From Neobacillus sp. PS3-12 (GTDB taxonomy: Bacteria; Bacillota; Bacilli; Bacillales; Cytobacillaceae), in contig NZ_CP133268.1 in assembly GCF_030915385.1 (NCBI RefSeq), forward strand, positions 2,097,430 to 2,161,429: 64,000 bases of DNA. Reading direction: 5' to 3'. Shown in pieces: positions 48,654-60,018 of this stretch. Numbering within the stretch: position 1 is the stretch's first letter; every line of letters begins with the position of its first letter. A model generated the notes under the pieces. The model searched no databases, was not told the origin of the DNA, and worked only from the letters and a program-made list of their open reading frames with translations. A program made the translations under genes and the position numbers.

Positions 48654-48872
48654 GTTTCTTCTCCTAAATGAAAGTAATTGGGAACATAACCAGGGGGGGC
48701 TATGTTCCTCTATGATAATGTTTAATTCTTTACCTAAAGGAGTCGGGGAACTCTTATCGGGCATCTTTACTTTATCCCATTATCCCTTTCGAAAAATTGA
48801 TAATGGTCAATAATTGCTTTTTTTCTTTGAGCTAAAAAATCGGAGAGGTCAACTCTGTCCTCTCCGATTTTT

Positions 48873-50819
48873 CTAAAGCGCTTCTTCTATTAATTTTTTA
48901 TAGTAACGAATGGAGAGGAGACCGAAGATGGAATAGAGTGCTGTGTATACGATCATGACAGCAATCATCGGTGTCCAAAGTTCTGCGCCGAAGAAGAACC
49001 ATCCGGATTGGACGGCGAAATAGCTGTGGGACAGTCCGACAACCAGCGGGATGCCGAAGCTAAACAGCTGTTTTGCCTGGATTCCTCTCAGAAGATCTCC
49101 CTGCGTGAAACCAAGTTTCCTCAGGATGGTGTAGTTTGGCTTCTCCTCTTCGCCTTCACCCATTTGTTTAAAATAGAGAATGCAACCTGAGGTCACCAAA
49201 AAGGTTAATCCTAGAAAACCGACGATAAACATCAAAAGTCCAATATTTTTCTTTTGCTTGGTGCTCAGTGCCAGCTGTGAATCTTGGACATTGTCCCGAT
49301 TAAACTTCACCTTTTTAAAAATAGCATTTGCTTTTTCTACATCTGCATCCTTATTGATATTAATCCCGATATACAATGAAGAACCCCGCTGCAGCTTTGG
49401 ATCTTTATCCTTTTTCAAGCGGTCGAACGTGGTTTCATCCACAATAGCTGCCGGAAAACTTCCATTGGTAAAATACCAGGAAAGAATGTACACCTTTCTT
49501 TGTCCTGCAAAGGAAAGCGGAAATCGCTCCTTCTTCCCTGATAATTCCATACTCCCAGAACTTTTCAGCGGCATAAACTTTTCCTGACTATTACTTAAAC
49601 CTGTAAAGAGTGCTTCTCCCGGACGAACATCTACCCCTTCAACGTCTTTGTCACTGATAACGGCCATCGTCGTCGCATTCTGCAGGGCTTTTTGTGCTAA
49701 CTTACTTGGAACCGCAATGTGCTGTAAGTTGGCCTTTGCTTGAACCACATCAATTATTTTTTCACTGTAACCAATTTGCTTGGCCTTCAAGGCTTGTTCA
49801 AATTTCGCTGCATCATGTGTGTCCATGAAGGAAAAATGGTCGGGCACCTCTTGCTCCGCTGTTTTTTCCGCAGAATAGTAGGCGATATAGCTCAGCGACA
49901 ATAATCCAATCGCCAAAGCGGACACGGTCGTAATGATGGTCAATAATAACGCATTGGATTTAATCCGAAACATGATCGAAGAAAGGGATAAAACCTCTTT
50001 AATCGTTAGATACCCATCCTTCTTTTTTCGGATCATAAAAAAGAGAAATTGAACCGATCCTTTGTAAAATAAATAGGTTCCAATGATGACCGATGCCAAG
50101 ATAAAGATCATTGAACCCAGTAATACAGAGTTTGTGGTGATGTCACCTGCAAACAATTTTGACGAGATATAGTAGCCAAGGGCGATCAGTACAATGCCGG
50201 CAATCCCGATGGCGATTTCCAACCATGATATTTTTTTCGCCTTACTCTCCGTTGATGACAAGACGCGAAATAACGCTAAAATGCTTTGCTTTTTCATAAA
50301 AATATAATTTACTGCCAGGATCAAAACAAAGATCGCACCAAAAACAACAAGCGTTTGAACGAGTGCCTTCGCAGAAAAATGTAATGTGGCAATCGCATTC
50401 ACGGTTGTAATTTTATACAGAATCATAATCAAGAGCTTCGAAACGGAGAATCCAATCAAGATTCCGACCAGTAGTGAACCGAAATAAAGAATAAAGTTTT
50501 CGGTGCTGAGGATGCGGAAAATCCGATTTTTCGTCATCCCGATTAGCTGAAATAAACCAAACTCTTTGCTGCGCCGCTTGAGAAAAATGCTATTGGCATA
50601 AAGCAAAAAGATGGTAACAATGGCGACCAGCAGGATGGAGCCTGCTTTCATTGCGGCAGCTCCTTTGATTGTCCCTTTCACCGCATCCATGGATGGGTCA
50701 TATTGCAAGGTCACGAACGCAAAATAAAGCGCGGTGCTAAAGATTAACGCAAACACATAGAGATAATAGTTTGTTACATTCTTTTTCAGGTTGCGGAGGA
50801 TAAGCTGATTAATGCTCAT
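48873..50819 (-). CDS. bceB: BceB-type ABC transporter permease (FtsX-like, 10 TM)
   Basis: 648 aa with two FtsX domains and a large extracellular loop. Confidence 0.85.
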   Translation of the reverse strand: MSINQLILRNLKKNVTNYYLYVFALIFSTALYFAFVTLQYDPSMDAVKGTIKGAAAMKAGSILLVAIVTIFLLYANSIFLKRRSKEFGLFQLIGMTKNRIFRILSTENFILYFGSLLVGILIGFSVSKLLIMILYKITTVNAIATLHFSAKALVQTLVVFGAIFVLILAVNYIFMKKQSILALFRVLSSTESKAKKISWLEIAIGIAGIVLIALGYYISSKLFAGDITTNSVLLGSMIFILASVIIGTYLFYKGSVQFLFFMIRKKKDGYLTIKEVLSLSSIMFRIKSNALLLTIITTVSALAIGLLSLSYIAYYSAEKTAEQEVPDHFSFMDTHDAAKFEQALKAKQIGYSEKIIDVVQAKANLQHIAVPSKLAQKALQNATTMAVISDKDVEGVDVRPGEALFTGLSNSQEKFMPLKSSGSMELSGKKERFPLSFAGQRKVYILSWYFTNGSFPAAIVDETTFDRLKKDKDPKLQRGSSLYIGININKDADVEKANAIFKKVKFNRDNVQDSQLALSTKQKKNIGLLMFIVGFLGLTFLVTSGCILYFKQMGEGEEEKPNYTILRKLGFTQGDLLRGIQAKQLFSFGIPLVVGLSHSYFAVQSGWFFFGAELWTPMIAVMIVYTALYSIFGLLSIRYYKKLIEEAL

Positions 50820-51570
50820 ACTGCACCCCGCTCAGCACACCCTGCGTTTTCATGATGTCATTGAAAAATGTCTGCCTCGATTGCTCGCCCTTTGTCAGCT
50901 GGGTATAAACTTGGCCGTCTTTAATAAAAATAACCCGGCTGCAAAAGCTGGCGGCAACGGGATCATGGGTAACCATGACAATGGTGGAGTTGCGGTTTTG
51001 ATTTAATTGGCCCAACTTGTTTAACAAATCAGCTGCCGACTTGGAATCGAGTGCCCCGGTTGGTTCATCAGCAAAAATAATGCTTGGTTCATGGATAAAC
51101 GCACGTGCGGCAGAAGTCCGCTGTTTTTGGCCGCCTGATATTTCGTTCGGATACTTGTCTGCTATGTCAGAGATGCCGAGTTCGTCAGCGACTACCTGGA
51201 ATTTCTGCAGTGCTGCCTGCTTTGGCATTTTTGAAATCGACAACGGCAGGATGATATTTTCCTTCACCGTCAGGGTGTCCAAGAGGTTATATTCCTGAAA
51301 AATAAAGCCTAAATGGTTTTTCCGAAATTCAGCGAGCTGCTTCTCCTTCATTGTGGTCATTTCATTTCCCTCGATCTTGATCGAGCCGTTGCTGACTTTA
51401 TCAATGGAAGAAAGAACGTTGAGCAAGGTCGTTTTTCCAGAACCAGATGCCCCCATGATCCCAACAAACTCACCTTTTTCAATCGTTATATCAATGCCCT
51501 TAAGCACTTCTTGTCTATTAAATTTATTTCCATAGGATTTATGAATCTTTGCCGCTTCTAAAATTGGCAT
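50809..51570 (-). CDS. bceA: BceA-type ABC transporter ATP-binding protein
   Basis: Walker A 'GASGSGKTT', ABC signature 'ISGGQKQR', Walker B; AGGAG RBS. Confidence 0.85.
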   Translation of the reverse strand: MPILEAAKIHKSYGNKFNRQEVLKGIDITIEKGEFVGIMGASGSGKTTLLNVLSSIDKVSNGSIKIEGNEMTTMKEKQLAEFRKNHLGFIFQEYNLLDTLTVKENIILPLSISKMPKQAALQKFQVVADELGISDIADKYPNEISGGQKQRTSAARAFIHEPSIIFADEPTGALDSKSAADLLNKLGQLNQNRNSTIVMVTHDPVAASFCSRVIFIKDGQVYTQLTKGEQSRQTFFNDIMKTQGVLSGVQYEH

Positions 51571-51686
51571 TTTTCGCACACTCCTTACTTTTGCATTTTA
51601 GCATTTCGTCTTCTTTATTATAAAAACAGGTAGCGGCTTTTTCCTTCGATTATCCGAACAAAAAAGAAACGCATGTGACATTTTTG

Positions 51687-52718
51687 TCACATGCGTGTGA
51701 TCCTGGTGAAGTCATTTCTTTTTGGAAAAATTAAGGTGAAGGTTGTTCCTTCTCCTAGTGTAGAGGAAACATCGATCTTGATGAGCAGTGGCTTTGCAGC
51801 TTTTTTTGCTAAAAATAGCCCCATGCCTGTTGCTGAATGGTCCTGGTGGTTCGCTGTAGAGGTAAAGCCTTTGTCAAAAATACGCGGCAAATCCTTGGGG
51901 TCGATGCCTCTGCCAAAATCCTCAATGGTCAGTTTTGTTTGATCACTTTGAGTGTCACTTTTGATCAGGATATCGGATACTTCGCTGTATTTGACCGCAT
52001 TTGTCAATAGCTGCCTGATGATAAACGCAAGCCATTTGCCGTCACTTAACACCGAATCTCCCTCTAAATCTACATCAAAACCAATGTTTTTCTGGATGCA
52101 CCAGGATTGCAAATCCTTGATTTCCTTGAAGACAACGGCTTTTAAATCCACTTTTTCAATAAAAAGGTCATTCTCCATAAACGGCAGGCGCTTTTGATGA
52201 AGCTGCTGGTCAAGAAGATGGTGAATTCGCAGCCACTCCACCGTTAATTTATTTTTCAGCGTCACATCGTTCATGCTTTCAATCATTAAGTGCATCGATG
52301 TCAATGGCGTTTTTACTTCATGGATCCAAGTGAGCAGATCATCTTTTTCCTCTTCCAGGGCAATCTGGCTTTTCGATGTATCCTGTTTCAGCCTTATTGT
52401 CTGGTTGGTGATGATGGTTTCGATTAATTTTCCAAAGGGTCTTTCAGCGTGGGATAGGCTTGTTAAATCCAGGGTATTGTCCCATTCTGACAGGCTCCGA
52501 TAGAATTTCGTTTCCTTATGATAACGGATGAATAGGAAAAAGATGAAAATAATCATTGATAGAAAAACGATGTAAACGATCGGACCCAAAGGGATGGCGT
52601 CATCAAGATAGGCGACAAATATCAGCAGGCCCTGCAGGCCGATAAAAAGCAGAATCCAGCTGCGCCTTTCGATTAAAAAGTTCTTGATCATATTTTCTTT
52701 GCGAACATGTTCAATCAT
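51687..52718 (-). CDS. bceS: BceS-type intramembrane-sensing histidine kinase
   Basis: 2 TM segments with a very short loop; 'IHEVKTPLTS' H-box; HATPase_c. Confidence 0.8.
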   Translation of the reverse strand: MIEHVRKENMIKNFLIERRSWILLFIGLQGLLIFVAYLDDAIPLGPIVYIVFLSMIIFIFFLFIRYHKETKFYRSLSEWDNTLDLTSLSHAERPFGKLIETIITNQTIRLKQDTSKSQIALEEEKDDLLTWIHEVKTPLTSMHLMIESMNDVTLKNKLTVEWLRIHHLLDQQLHQKRLPFMENDLFIEKVDLKAVVFKEIKDLQSWCIQKNIGFDVDLEGDSVLSDGKWLAFIIRQLLTNAVKYSEVSDILIKSDTQSDQTKLTIEDFGRGIDPKDLPRIFDKGFTSTANHQDHSATGMGLFLAKKAAKPLLIKIDVSSTLGEGTTFTLIFPKRNDFTRITRM

Positions 52719-53416
52719 AAAGAGTTTCCTTCTTCAACAGCGATGTAACCTTGGCCGACCTTTGTTTCGATAAAGCGGCCCAATCCAATTTCATCGAGCT
52801 TCTTCCTAAGCCGATTGACATTGACGGTTAAGGTATTATCGCTGACAAAACGTTCGTCGTCCCAGAGACTTTTGATCAGCTCTTCACGGCTGACAATCTT
52901 ATTTTTCTGTTCGATCAATTTTTTTAAGATAAATATTTCATTTTTGGTCAATTCAATGGATCCAAGGTCATTCGTTACCGTATTTTGCTGATAATCGACC
53001 GTCGCACTGCACCATGTTTTCAGCAGAGGCTGCTCAGAATTGTAATTATAGACGCGTCGAAGAATCGCCTGGATTTTGGCAATCAGTACATCGGTATGGA
53101 ACGGCTTTTGAACAAAATCATCTGCCCCAAGCTGCATAGCCATCACCATATCAGTGGGGTGGTCGCGGGATGAAAGAAACAGAATCGGCACATTGGAATG
53201 GGCGCGGATCATCCGACACCAATGAAACCCATCGAACTTCGGCAGCTGGATATCAATGATCACCAAATCCGGATTGATTTCGGCAAACTCCTGCAAAACC
53301 CTGCTAAAGTCCGTAATCCCAAACACCTCATACGACCAGCCCTCCAGCCGCTCCTTTAACTCACTAAACAGCGTAACATCATCCTCAACCAGCAAAAACT
53401 TAAACAACCCGTTCAC
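52715..53416 (-). CDS. bceR: BceR-type OmpR-family response regulator
   Basis: REC plus winged-helix domains; overlaps the bceS start (ATGA). Confidence 0.85.
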   Translation of the reverse strand: MNGLFKFLLVEDDVTLFSELKERLEGWSYEVFGITDFSRVLQEFAEINPDLVIIDIQLPKFDGFHWCRMIRAHSNVPILFLSSRDHPTDMVMAMQLGADDFVQKPFHTDVLIAKIQAILRRVYNYNSEQPLLKTWCSATVDYQQNTVTNDLGSIELTKNEIFILKKLIEQKNKIVSREELIKSLWDDERFVSDNTLTVNVNRLRKKLDEIGLGRFIETKVGQGYIAVEEGNSL

Positions 53417-53767
53417 CCTCTTTTAACGGTAAGCTAGATACGATATGATCATATCATTTTTTTCCTGCTATTGGGTAAATGGTTCTGATTTTTGGGATGT
53501 GGATATATTAAGGGAAGTTGCGGATATATATCAAGTAAAAAAGTAGGCACAGGCACCAGCATTTATTTGAAAAATGGCTCCTCATAAAAAATAAAAGATT
53601 GCCCAAAAAGCATAAAACTTTTTAAGGCCCCCTCCTAATGGTTGAATCTTTTTAAATTTCATAAATATATTAGTTAAATCTCCATACTAGAATTCCCATA
53701 AATCATAGAACCTATCAAACTTCTCAAATTTCGGGTGGTCTTTTAATCAACTTCCTTTTTGAATTAT

Positions 53768-54410
53768 TCAACAGTTTTCCAACTTAATTTCCGCCAGCGA
53801 ATTTACCACCTGATCTGCGATGGAAAGATCTAACCTGGTATGTTGATGCCTGATGCCGATTCCATACATGTTGGCCCTTTTGGCTGCTACCATTCCATTA
53901 TAGGAATCTTCCACCACCAAACAATGTTCAGGCGGAAGATTGAGTTTTTTAGCTGCAGTCAGAAAAATCTCCGGAATTCGGCTTCCCTGAATCAATTTCA
54001 TCTCCTGCAATGGTCACTATAAAATAACTTTTTAGGCCGCATTGTTCCAGGACCTCATTAACTCTTAATCTTTCAGATGATGACGCTAATGCACACGGGA
54101 CCCCCAATTCCTGAAGTTTACCGAGGAACGGAATGACCTCCGAAAACAGAATACTTTTAAAGTTCCATTCATAATTGTGAAAAATACCATTTTGAAATTG
54201 AATCAACTCATCAATGCTTTGCTCCAAATGGTAATGCTCTTTTAAAATCTGCCATTTGGTCCTCTTTGTGACCCCTACGTATTGGAGTTGTACATCCTCC
54301 TCAACCGTAAGCCCCAACTGCCTGAATATTTTTTTATTCAGCATCTTGTATATCGGTTCGCTGTCAATAATGACTCCGTCCATATCGAAAATGACCCCAA
54401 ATTTTTGCAC
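53768..54410 (-). pseudogene. HAD-superfamily hydrolase, beta-phosphoglucomutase-like; 1-nt indel about 53970-53980
   Basis: 'VIFDMDGVIIDS' motif I; frames join as ...[35 protein letters not shown]. Confidence 0.7.
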
Positions 54411-54485
54411 CTGCTACTTTACCTCCTTACAATAAAAAGAGACTACTGCAAACATGTCATTGCAGCAGTCCCTATTTTCAGTCGA

Positions 54486-55201
54486 TTACTCCCAACTCAT
54501 TTCCAATAACTGCTTTATTTTAGAAATTTCTGTCTTGCCTGTTTGTTTGTCAATCAATGAAGTATATAAGTGAGGAATCACCGTTTCCACTCCATTGTCG
54601 AAACAAGTTTGAACAATATTATGAACATTCTCCACTGTGATTCCACCGGTTGGTTCAAAGTACTTTAATCCGGCATTGGCAGCAGCTTTAGCCATAGCAG
54701 CAACTTCGTCAAGTTTTTGTTCTCCTTTGATCGGATAAAATTTCACCGATTGAACGCCGATCTCAGCGAGCATGGCAGCAGCCATTTTGCAGGATACTTT
54801 TTCTTTATAGTCAGTACTTACAGGGCCTGTAGAGATGAATACTTGCCCCGGGTTCTGGAAGGTTCAATAACTCCGTTAATGATTGGGCTTTCCCCGAGCT
54901 CTTTTAAACGGCCCAACGTTAAACCTGCCGCAGTAAAGACCTGATTGATGTGGGCCGGCTTGGTTTGCGCCGCAACATTAGCCACTTTCTCCCACATAGC
55001 AGGATCGGCTGCACCAAGTCCCACTGATACACGAACACCATTCTCCTGATAGGTTTTGACTTGTTGAACAGCAGATTCCTCAGTTGGGAAGTTTTTCACC
55101 ATCACGCCGATTAATACCCGGTCGCCACCTACTTCCGTAACTTCTTTGGCGTTTTCTACATCTTTTGCCAGTACGTTAAAAATCACATTGCGTTTCATAA
55201 T
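54486..55201 (-). pseudogene. KDGP/KDPG-aldolase family protein (DgaF-like), frameshift at 54846-54852 (likely 1-nt deletion)
   Basis: frames join as ...INGVIEPSRTPGQVFISTGPVSTDYKEKVSCKMAAAMLAEIGVQSVKFYP. Confidence 0.7.
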
Positions 55202-55205
55202 ATAT

Positions 55206-56312
55206 TTACTTCTCCTTTGTAATGATTTTGATGATCTCATCGGAAATAATATCCTCTTGTCCATTTAAGAGTGGACGCGGATCCACTGATAAAATGCCGA
55301 TATTTGCATAGTGATCGCGCAGGAAGATGGCCAGATTCCCGGATTTAAGCATATGGAGCAGCTCCATAGCTGAATAACCGATCTTCATCTTATCCACCTG
55401 GATTTGGGCACGATAGATTTCTCTTCCCGCTTCATCTTGTTTAATGGAGCAAGTTAACCCGTCATATTCATTCAATCGATTGCATAGTTTTGTCATCCGT
55501 TCCAATTGAAGCTCAGCTGTGCTTGTTTTGGAGGAATACAGCTTTAATGCGGTGATGAGGCCGGCCATTCCTTCCTTGCCGATCTTCATTGGGCGTCCTA
55601 CACCTTTGTACTGCTTTCTGCAGGCTTCCATCAGTTCTTTTTTGCCGCAAATCAGCCCTGAGGTTGGTCCTTCCAGTGCTTTACCACCGCTGTAGATGAC
55701 GATATCTGCACCCATTTTGATATATTTTTGGAAGTCCTCTTCTGCAGCCGCATCGATAATGAGCGGCAGATTGTGGCGATGGGCAACATCCAGCATCGCT
55801 TCGATCGATTGCATCCCTTTTTGCACGGCATGATGCGATTTAATATAGAAAATCGCAGCCGTTTTTTCATTAACAGCCTCTTCGATATGATCTTTTTGTA
55901 CCTTATTGGCCTGTCCGACTTCGACGACTTTACCGCCGCCAATTCGAATCATTTGGGCAATGCTTGCACCAAAATTTACAACATGCCCTTTTTGAACAAT
56001 AATTTCATTTTGGAGGCCTTCCGTATCCGGAATGCGTTCAATCAGGGAAAGATTTTTCCCTGCAATGACCGCGGCGGTTGCAATGGCAATGCCGGCAGAT
56101 GCGCCGCAGGTCGGGCAGCCATCCTCGGCTCTTGTTATTTCTGCAATCACTTGTCCTGCGTATTCATAAAGTTCTTCAATATCGACATAATCCTGTGATG
56201 CGTCTTTCAATGCCTGCCCAATCTCATCCCTCACGGCAGATGCACCAAGAGCAGTCATTTTTCCGCTTGCATTGATAATTTCTCTTAATCCTTGCTGTTT
56301 AAAAAATCCCAT
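55206..56312 (-). CDS. DgaE-like, SelA-like PLP-dependent ammonia-lyase family protein
   Basis: 368 aa; 'YSGGKALEGPTSG' PLP-lysine motif as in SelA/DgaE. Confidence 0.7.
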   Translation of the reverse strand: MGFFKQQGLREIINASGKMTALGASAVRDEIGQALKDASQDYVDIEELYEYAGQVIAEITRAEDGCPTCGASAGIAIATAAVIAGKNLSLIERIPDTEGLQNEIIVQKGHVVNFGASIAQMIRIGGGKVVEVGQANKVQKDHIEEAVNEKTAAIFYIKSHHAVQKGMQSIEAMLDVAHRHNLPLIIDAAAEEDFQKYIKMGADIVIYSGGKALEGPTSGLICGKKELMEACRKQYKGVGRPMKIGKEGMAGLITALKLYSSKTSTAELQLERMTKLCNRLNEYDGLTCSIKQDEAGREIYRAQIQVDKMKIGYSAMELLHMLKSGNLAIFLRDHYANIGILSVDPRPLLNGQEDIISDEIIKIITKEK

Positions 56313-56324
56313 TTTATATTAACC

Positions 56325-57020
56325 TCACTTTACTATTGGTGGAATTGGAATCGGGAAGAATGCTCCAAAAATCATGGCTCCTAAAATAGCTCCCCCAGCA
56401 ATCGGCTTTTTCCAGGCATAGAAGATCGCTGCACCGATCACGGAACCAACGCCGACCGGTATAGATGCTGTACAAGCAGAAAGAATGATTAGTGGTCCAA
56501 GGAAACGGCCGGATGTATTTCCTGCACCCATCATAATATCGGCTCCGAAAGTGGAATCGGATTGTCCGACGGTAAATTTACGAATTCCAATAATGATATA
56601 ACCAGTGATCAGACCTAATAACGCTCCTGTGATTAAAGCAAGAGGGAAAGATTGAATCGGGGCCGTAATCCCAGCTCCGAGCATCAATGCCGGAATACCA
56701 ATCCCAATACCTGTCTGGATGGAACCACCGATATCGAGGATCCCGACAAGAGATCCTTCCAAAATACGGGCAAATAAGAAGCTAGCGCCAAATGCTGCAG
56801 CTGCACCATACCCGCCGCCTTTCATTCCTGCCGCAAGCATTGCCACAATGGCAACGTCGTTAAAAGCACCTACATGGAATGTGTAATACATATGGGTCCC
56901 AGCAAAAATACCTGCTGAAATAAAGGCCACAAAAATCGGAAAGGCCCAGTCTCCATACCAAAAACTTTTTAAATTAAGTTGATTTTGATCCGGACTTTCT
57001 ACAAATTGTCTATCTATCAT
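56325..57020 (-). CDS. glycine-rich polytopic membrane protein (DUF4310/DUF4311 group)
   Basis: 231 aa; about 6 TM segments; Gly/Ala-rich. Confidence 0.6.
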   Translation of the reverse strand: MIDRQFVESPDQNQLNLKSFWYGDWAFPIFVAFISAGIFAGTHMYYTFHVGAFNDVAIVAMLAAGMKGGGYGAAAAFGASFLFARILEGSLVGILDIGGSIQTGIGIGIPALMLGAGITAPIQSFPLALITGALLGLITGYIIIGIRKFTVGQSDSTFGADIMMGAGNTSGRFLGPLIILSACTASIPVGVGSVIGAAIFYAWKKPIAGGAILGAMIFGAFFPIPIPPIVK

Positions 57021-57808
57021 TACTTTTTCACCTCTAGACCCATCATTTTATGAAGTTCAACTAACCATCCTGGAATTCCCATATGGAAACCTTTAACCAG
57101 GCTGACATCAAAGCCACGGAAGAAACCGCTCAAGACAAACAGCAGAATGACAGATGTAAATAGAATCTTGGTTACCTTAGACCATCCGGCCTCATCGACA
57201 CCTTTACCAATTAAAATACCAAGTACAACCCCAGGTACGGCATTTCCCATGATGAGATGAGCAGCACCGCCGAAAATGGTTCCCCAAAGACCGGACCGTT
57301 TTCCTGCATCAAGTGCAGCCAGCCAGAAAATAACCGGCATGACAGGGTTAATTAACAAGTTGGCAGCAGGAACAAGAACTTGAATGGCGACATCCTGCAA
57401 AGATTTTGGAATCGCTGCAGCAGTAGAGTTCAGGAAAGCAACCACAATTGCGCCAATAATAGCACCGGCGATTGCCATCTTTTTCGGATCGTGCAGCGTG
57501 TCTTCAGGACGTTTGCCTTTTCTTAAAAGAACAGCAGCCGACCAGTTTGGAATAATCCGATGATCCACATCCTGTGTAAATGCACCGGCACCAACCACTG
57601 ATGCCCAGGCGTTAAAGAAGAAACCAAGACCGAAAGAAAAGTGGGAAGCAGCGTCACCTGCGCAGGCGTTCAATTCCCCAAGTGTACGGAATGCGCCCAT
57701 CCCTTGAACGGTTGGAGCGTGGAACATTCTCGCGGCACCTGCGCCTACGGCAAAGCCGACCAAAGCCCCAATTATGATGGATTCAAATAAAATTTCTACA
57801 AAATGCAT
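57020..57808 (-). CDS. glycine-rich polytopic membrane protein (DUF4310/DUF4311 group)
   Basis: 262 aa; about 7 TM segments; start overlaps the upstream stop. Confidence 0.6.
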   Translation of the reverse strand: MHFVEILFESIIIGALVGFAVGAGAARMFHAPTVQGMGAFRTLGELNACAGDAASHFSFGLGFFFNAWASVVGAGAFTQDVDHRIIPNWSAAVLLRKGKRPEDTLHDPKKMAIAGAIIGAIVVAFLNSTAAAIPKSLQDVAIQVLVPAANLLINPVMPVIFWLAALDAGKRSGLWGTIFGGAAHLIMGNAVPGVVLGILIGKGVDEAGWSKVTKILFTSVILLFVLSGFFRGFDVSLVKGFHMGIPGWLVELHKMMGLEVKK

Positions 57809-57823
57809 AAGGCCACCACCTAA

Positions 57824-58168
57824 CTATTTAGTCTGATTGCCCAGAATCATCGTTTTGAACGTTTCGGGCTGCTCAGTTTTTTCAAATTGAATTTGATCTG
57901 TTTCCAGCAGAAAAACGTTAACATCAATTTCCATGACAACCTTGTATGTGGTTCTTTTCCTTGGGAAAAAGAAAAATAGAAAGCGCTCGGTGTACGTTGT
58001 TTCTTTTGCTTCGACAACTCGGATATCCTCGGGTTCAATCCGGAGAATCAAGCCTTTATAGGAGGACATGACCTTCTGTTGAATCTTGCCCAATGCCTTG
58101 TTAATCGCTTGTTCCTTTGAATTGCCAATCCCGTCAATCTCAACGGTTGTTTGAAAAGTTTTCTTCAT
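57824..58168 (-). CDS. small soluble protein of the cassette (DUF4312-like)
   Basis: 114 aa; conserved position in the cassette. Confidence 0.5.
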   Translation of the reverse strand: MKKTFQTTVEIDGIGNSKEQAINKALGKIQQKVMSSYKGLILRIEPEDIRVVEAKETTYTERFLFFFFPRKRTTYKVVMEIDVNVFLLETDQIQFEKTEQPETFKTMILGNQTK

Positions 58169-58175
58169 ATTCGCC

Positions 58176-58535
58176 TCACCCTTTTATTTTTGCGTATGCT
58201 TCGGTGATCCTCTTTCCTAACTCCTCTTTATCCATAAATCCAAATCCAAGTGCCCGCTTTCCTGCGCGAAGAGCCGTCAGGCCTTCCTCAATGGAGCGCA
58301 TGCCATACTGGCAAGGATAACCGTATTTGGATTGAGCGGTAATAGCTCCAGCACCGCCGCTTCCGCAGAAGGAAATTCCGATATCGGCATTTTCCGTTTT
58401 CATAACATCTCCAAGTTTCATATCGGCGCCCATGCCTTTGATCAGAATAGCTTTCCCGCCGGCTGCTTCTACTCCTTTCGCTACATTCTGGCCTTTGCCC
58501 AAACGGTCGCCAATCACTACCACTACTTGACTCAT
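58176..58535 (-). CDS. glycine-rich SFCGS-motif protein
   Basis: 119 aa with 'ISFCGSGGAGAITAQ'. Confidence 0.55.
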   Translation of the reverse strand: MSQVVVVIGDRLGKGQNVAKGVEAAGGKAILIKGMGADMKLGDVMKTENADIGISFCGSGGAGAITAQSKYGYPCQYGMRSIEEGLTALRAGKRALGFGFMDKEELGKRITEAYAKIKG

Positions 58536-58554
58536 TTAAATTCCTCCTTGTTTA

Positions 58555-58905
58555 TTAACACATCTTTGCTGACTCAAAATGAATGGATAACAGGTATTTC
58601 TCATCATCCTGTAAGCCCTTAAGCCTGCCGCAAATTTTGGCTGCCAATTCGATGGACTCTTCTGATACCTCGGAAAACAGAACTTTATCAATCGGTGCCA
58701 ACTGTTCATTGTTAATGGAACGGTAGACCATCGCGGAAAGGTGCGATGTAAGGGATAATAACTGGGAGTCGCTCAAGTGGATCTCTTGTTCCTCCAAAAG
58801 CTCCCGAGTGAATTGGATCAGTTCCTTACATGTTTCCGCGTCCCGCTCCTTTCTAGTAATCTTTCTATATCTGTGGTATTCAATTGTTTTACACAACCCT
58901 TCCAT
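58555..58905 (-). CDS. stand-alone PRD-domain protein
   Basis: 116 aa; 'LSLTSHLSAMVYR' PRD-like helix. Confidence 0.55.
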   Translation of the reverse strand: MEGLCKTIEYHRYRKITRKERDAETCKELIQFTRELLEEQEIHLSDSQLLSLTSHLSAMVYRSINNEQLAPIDKVLFSEVSEESIELAAKICGRLKGLQDDEKYLLSIHFESAKMC

Positions 58906-60004
58906 CCTTAATCGTCATTTTTGGCTGAAGTACTCGATCTGCCAGAATCGAAACACCTTCTGAATCAGTCAGCGTTGTTGGTTCCTCCACGATTCGGAAT
59001 ATGGTCAGATCGGCACGGGTTCCGGATTTCAGCGTACCTTGTTCCGTAAGCCCGATTCTCTGTGCAGCCCTGATGGTGACAGCCTGGACCACCTCTTCAA
59101 GTGAAAATCCTAGTTGCATGAATTTGGACATGGTCAGCATTAGGCTGCCAACTGGTTTTTGATAATTCCCCAAATAAATATCGGTACTAATAGAAAACGG
59201 TGTCGAGTATCGTTCTTTGAATTTTCGAATGGTGTCAAAGCTGAAACTGGACGTTCCGTGGCCGACATCAAAGAGTACTCCTCGTGCCAATGCATCTTCT
59301 GCTTCAGGAATTAAGGTGCGATCCTCGTTTAAAATGCCATGCTTTTTCCCGTGAAAGGCATGGGTGACAATATCCCCTTTTCGAAGCAGCGGAAACACTT
59401 CCTGTAAATAAGGAGGCGGGTTTCCGATATGGACCATAATCGGTACATCAATGGCATTTGCGAGCATCCTGGCATGTTTAAGCGGTGCAATCCCCTGCTC
59501 TTTCACAACCGATGAACTCATTCGCGCCTTGAACCCAACCAGGTTGGGTTCACGAGCAAAAATGTCCGCTGCCTCTTCCACTGTCATCAGGTTGGAGGGA
59601 TCCGCCAGTTCTGATTTCCAGGTGCTTAAGCCCACATGAGAAATATTCAAGAAGCACAGAACTTCCGTTTTGCTCTTGCTAACAACGTTTTCCTTAAAAA
59701 CACCATAGTTGCTATATCCCGCACTGCCGGCATCGACAATGGTGGTGACGCCCTGTTCGACTCCAACGCGGTCTGCTTCTATCCCGAGGTATGTTACATC
59801 TTTAAAAACATGGACATGAAGATCGATAAACCCCGGAGCAACATAGCACCCGTAAGCGTCAATACGCTGGATATTTTCTCCTTTCGCAAGCACTTCCTCA
59901 ATCGCAGCAAGTTTGCCATCGATGATTCCAATGTCTTGCTTTTCAATCCTGCCTTTCTCAGGATCAATCACAAGACCATTTTCTACTATTGCATAGTCAG
60001 ACAT
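58889..60004 (-). CDS. metal-dependent amidohydrolase (dihydroorotase/deacetylase-like)
   Basis: 'DLHVHV' metal-binding motif; 371 aa. Confidence 0.8.
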   Translation of the reverse strand: MSDYAIVENGLVIDPEKGRIEKQDIGIIDGKLAAIEEVLAKGENIQRIDAYGCYVAPGFIDLHVHVFKDVTYLGIEADRVGVEQGVTTIVDAGSAGYSNYGVFKENVVSKSKTEVLCFLNISHVGLSTWKSELADPSNLMTVEEAADIFAREPNLVGFKARMSSSVVKEQGIAPLKHARMLANAIDVPIMVHIGNPPPYLQEVFPLLRKGDIVTHAFHGKKHGILNEDRTLIPEAEDALARGVLFDVGHGTSSFSFDTIRKFKERYSTPFSISTDIYLGNYQKPVGSLMLTMSKFMQLGFSLEEVVQAVTIRAAQRIGLTEQGTLKSGTRADLTIFRIVEEPTTLTDSEGVSILADRVLQPKMTIKDGRVV

Positions 60005-60018
60005 CTTCCCACTTCCCT

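Noticed and set aside
51017-52503. Multiple + strand ORFs across bceA/bceS
   Set aside because: Antisense of conserved ABC-ATPase and kinase genes. Artefacts.
55652-56275. Antisense ORFs inside the DgaE-like gene (55652-55942, 55728-56198, 56078-56275)
   Set aside because: They lie wholly inside a well-supported gene on the opposite strand, with no RBS and low-complexity Arg/Cys-rich translations.
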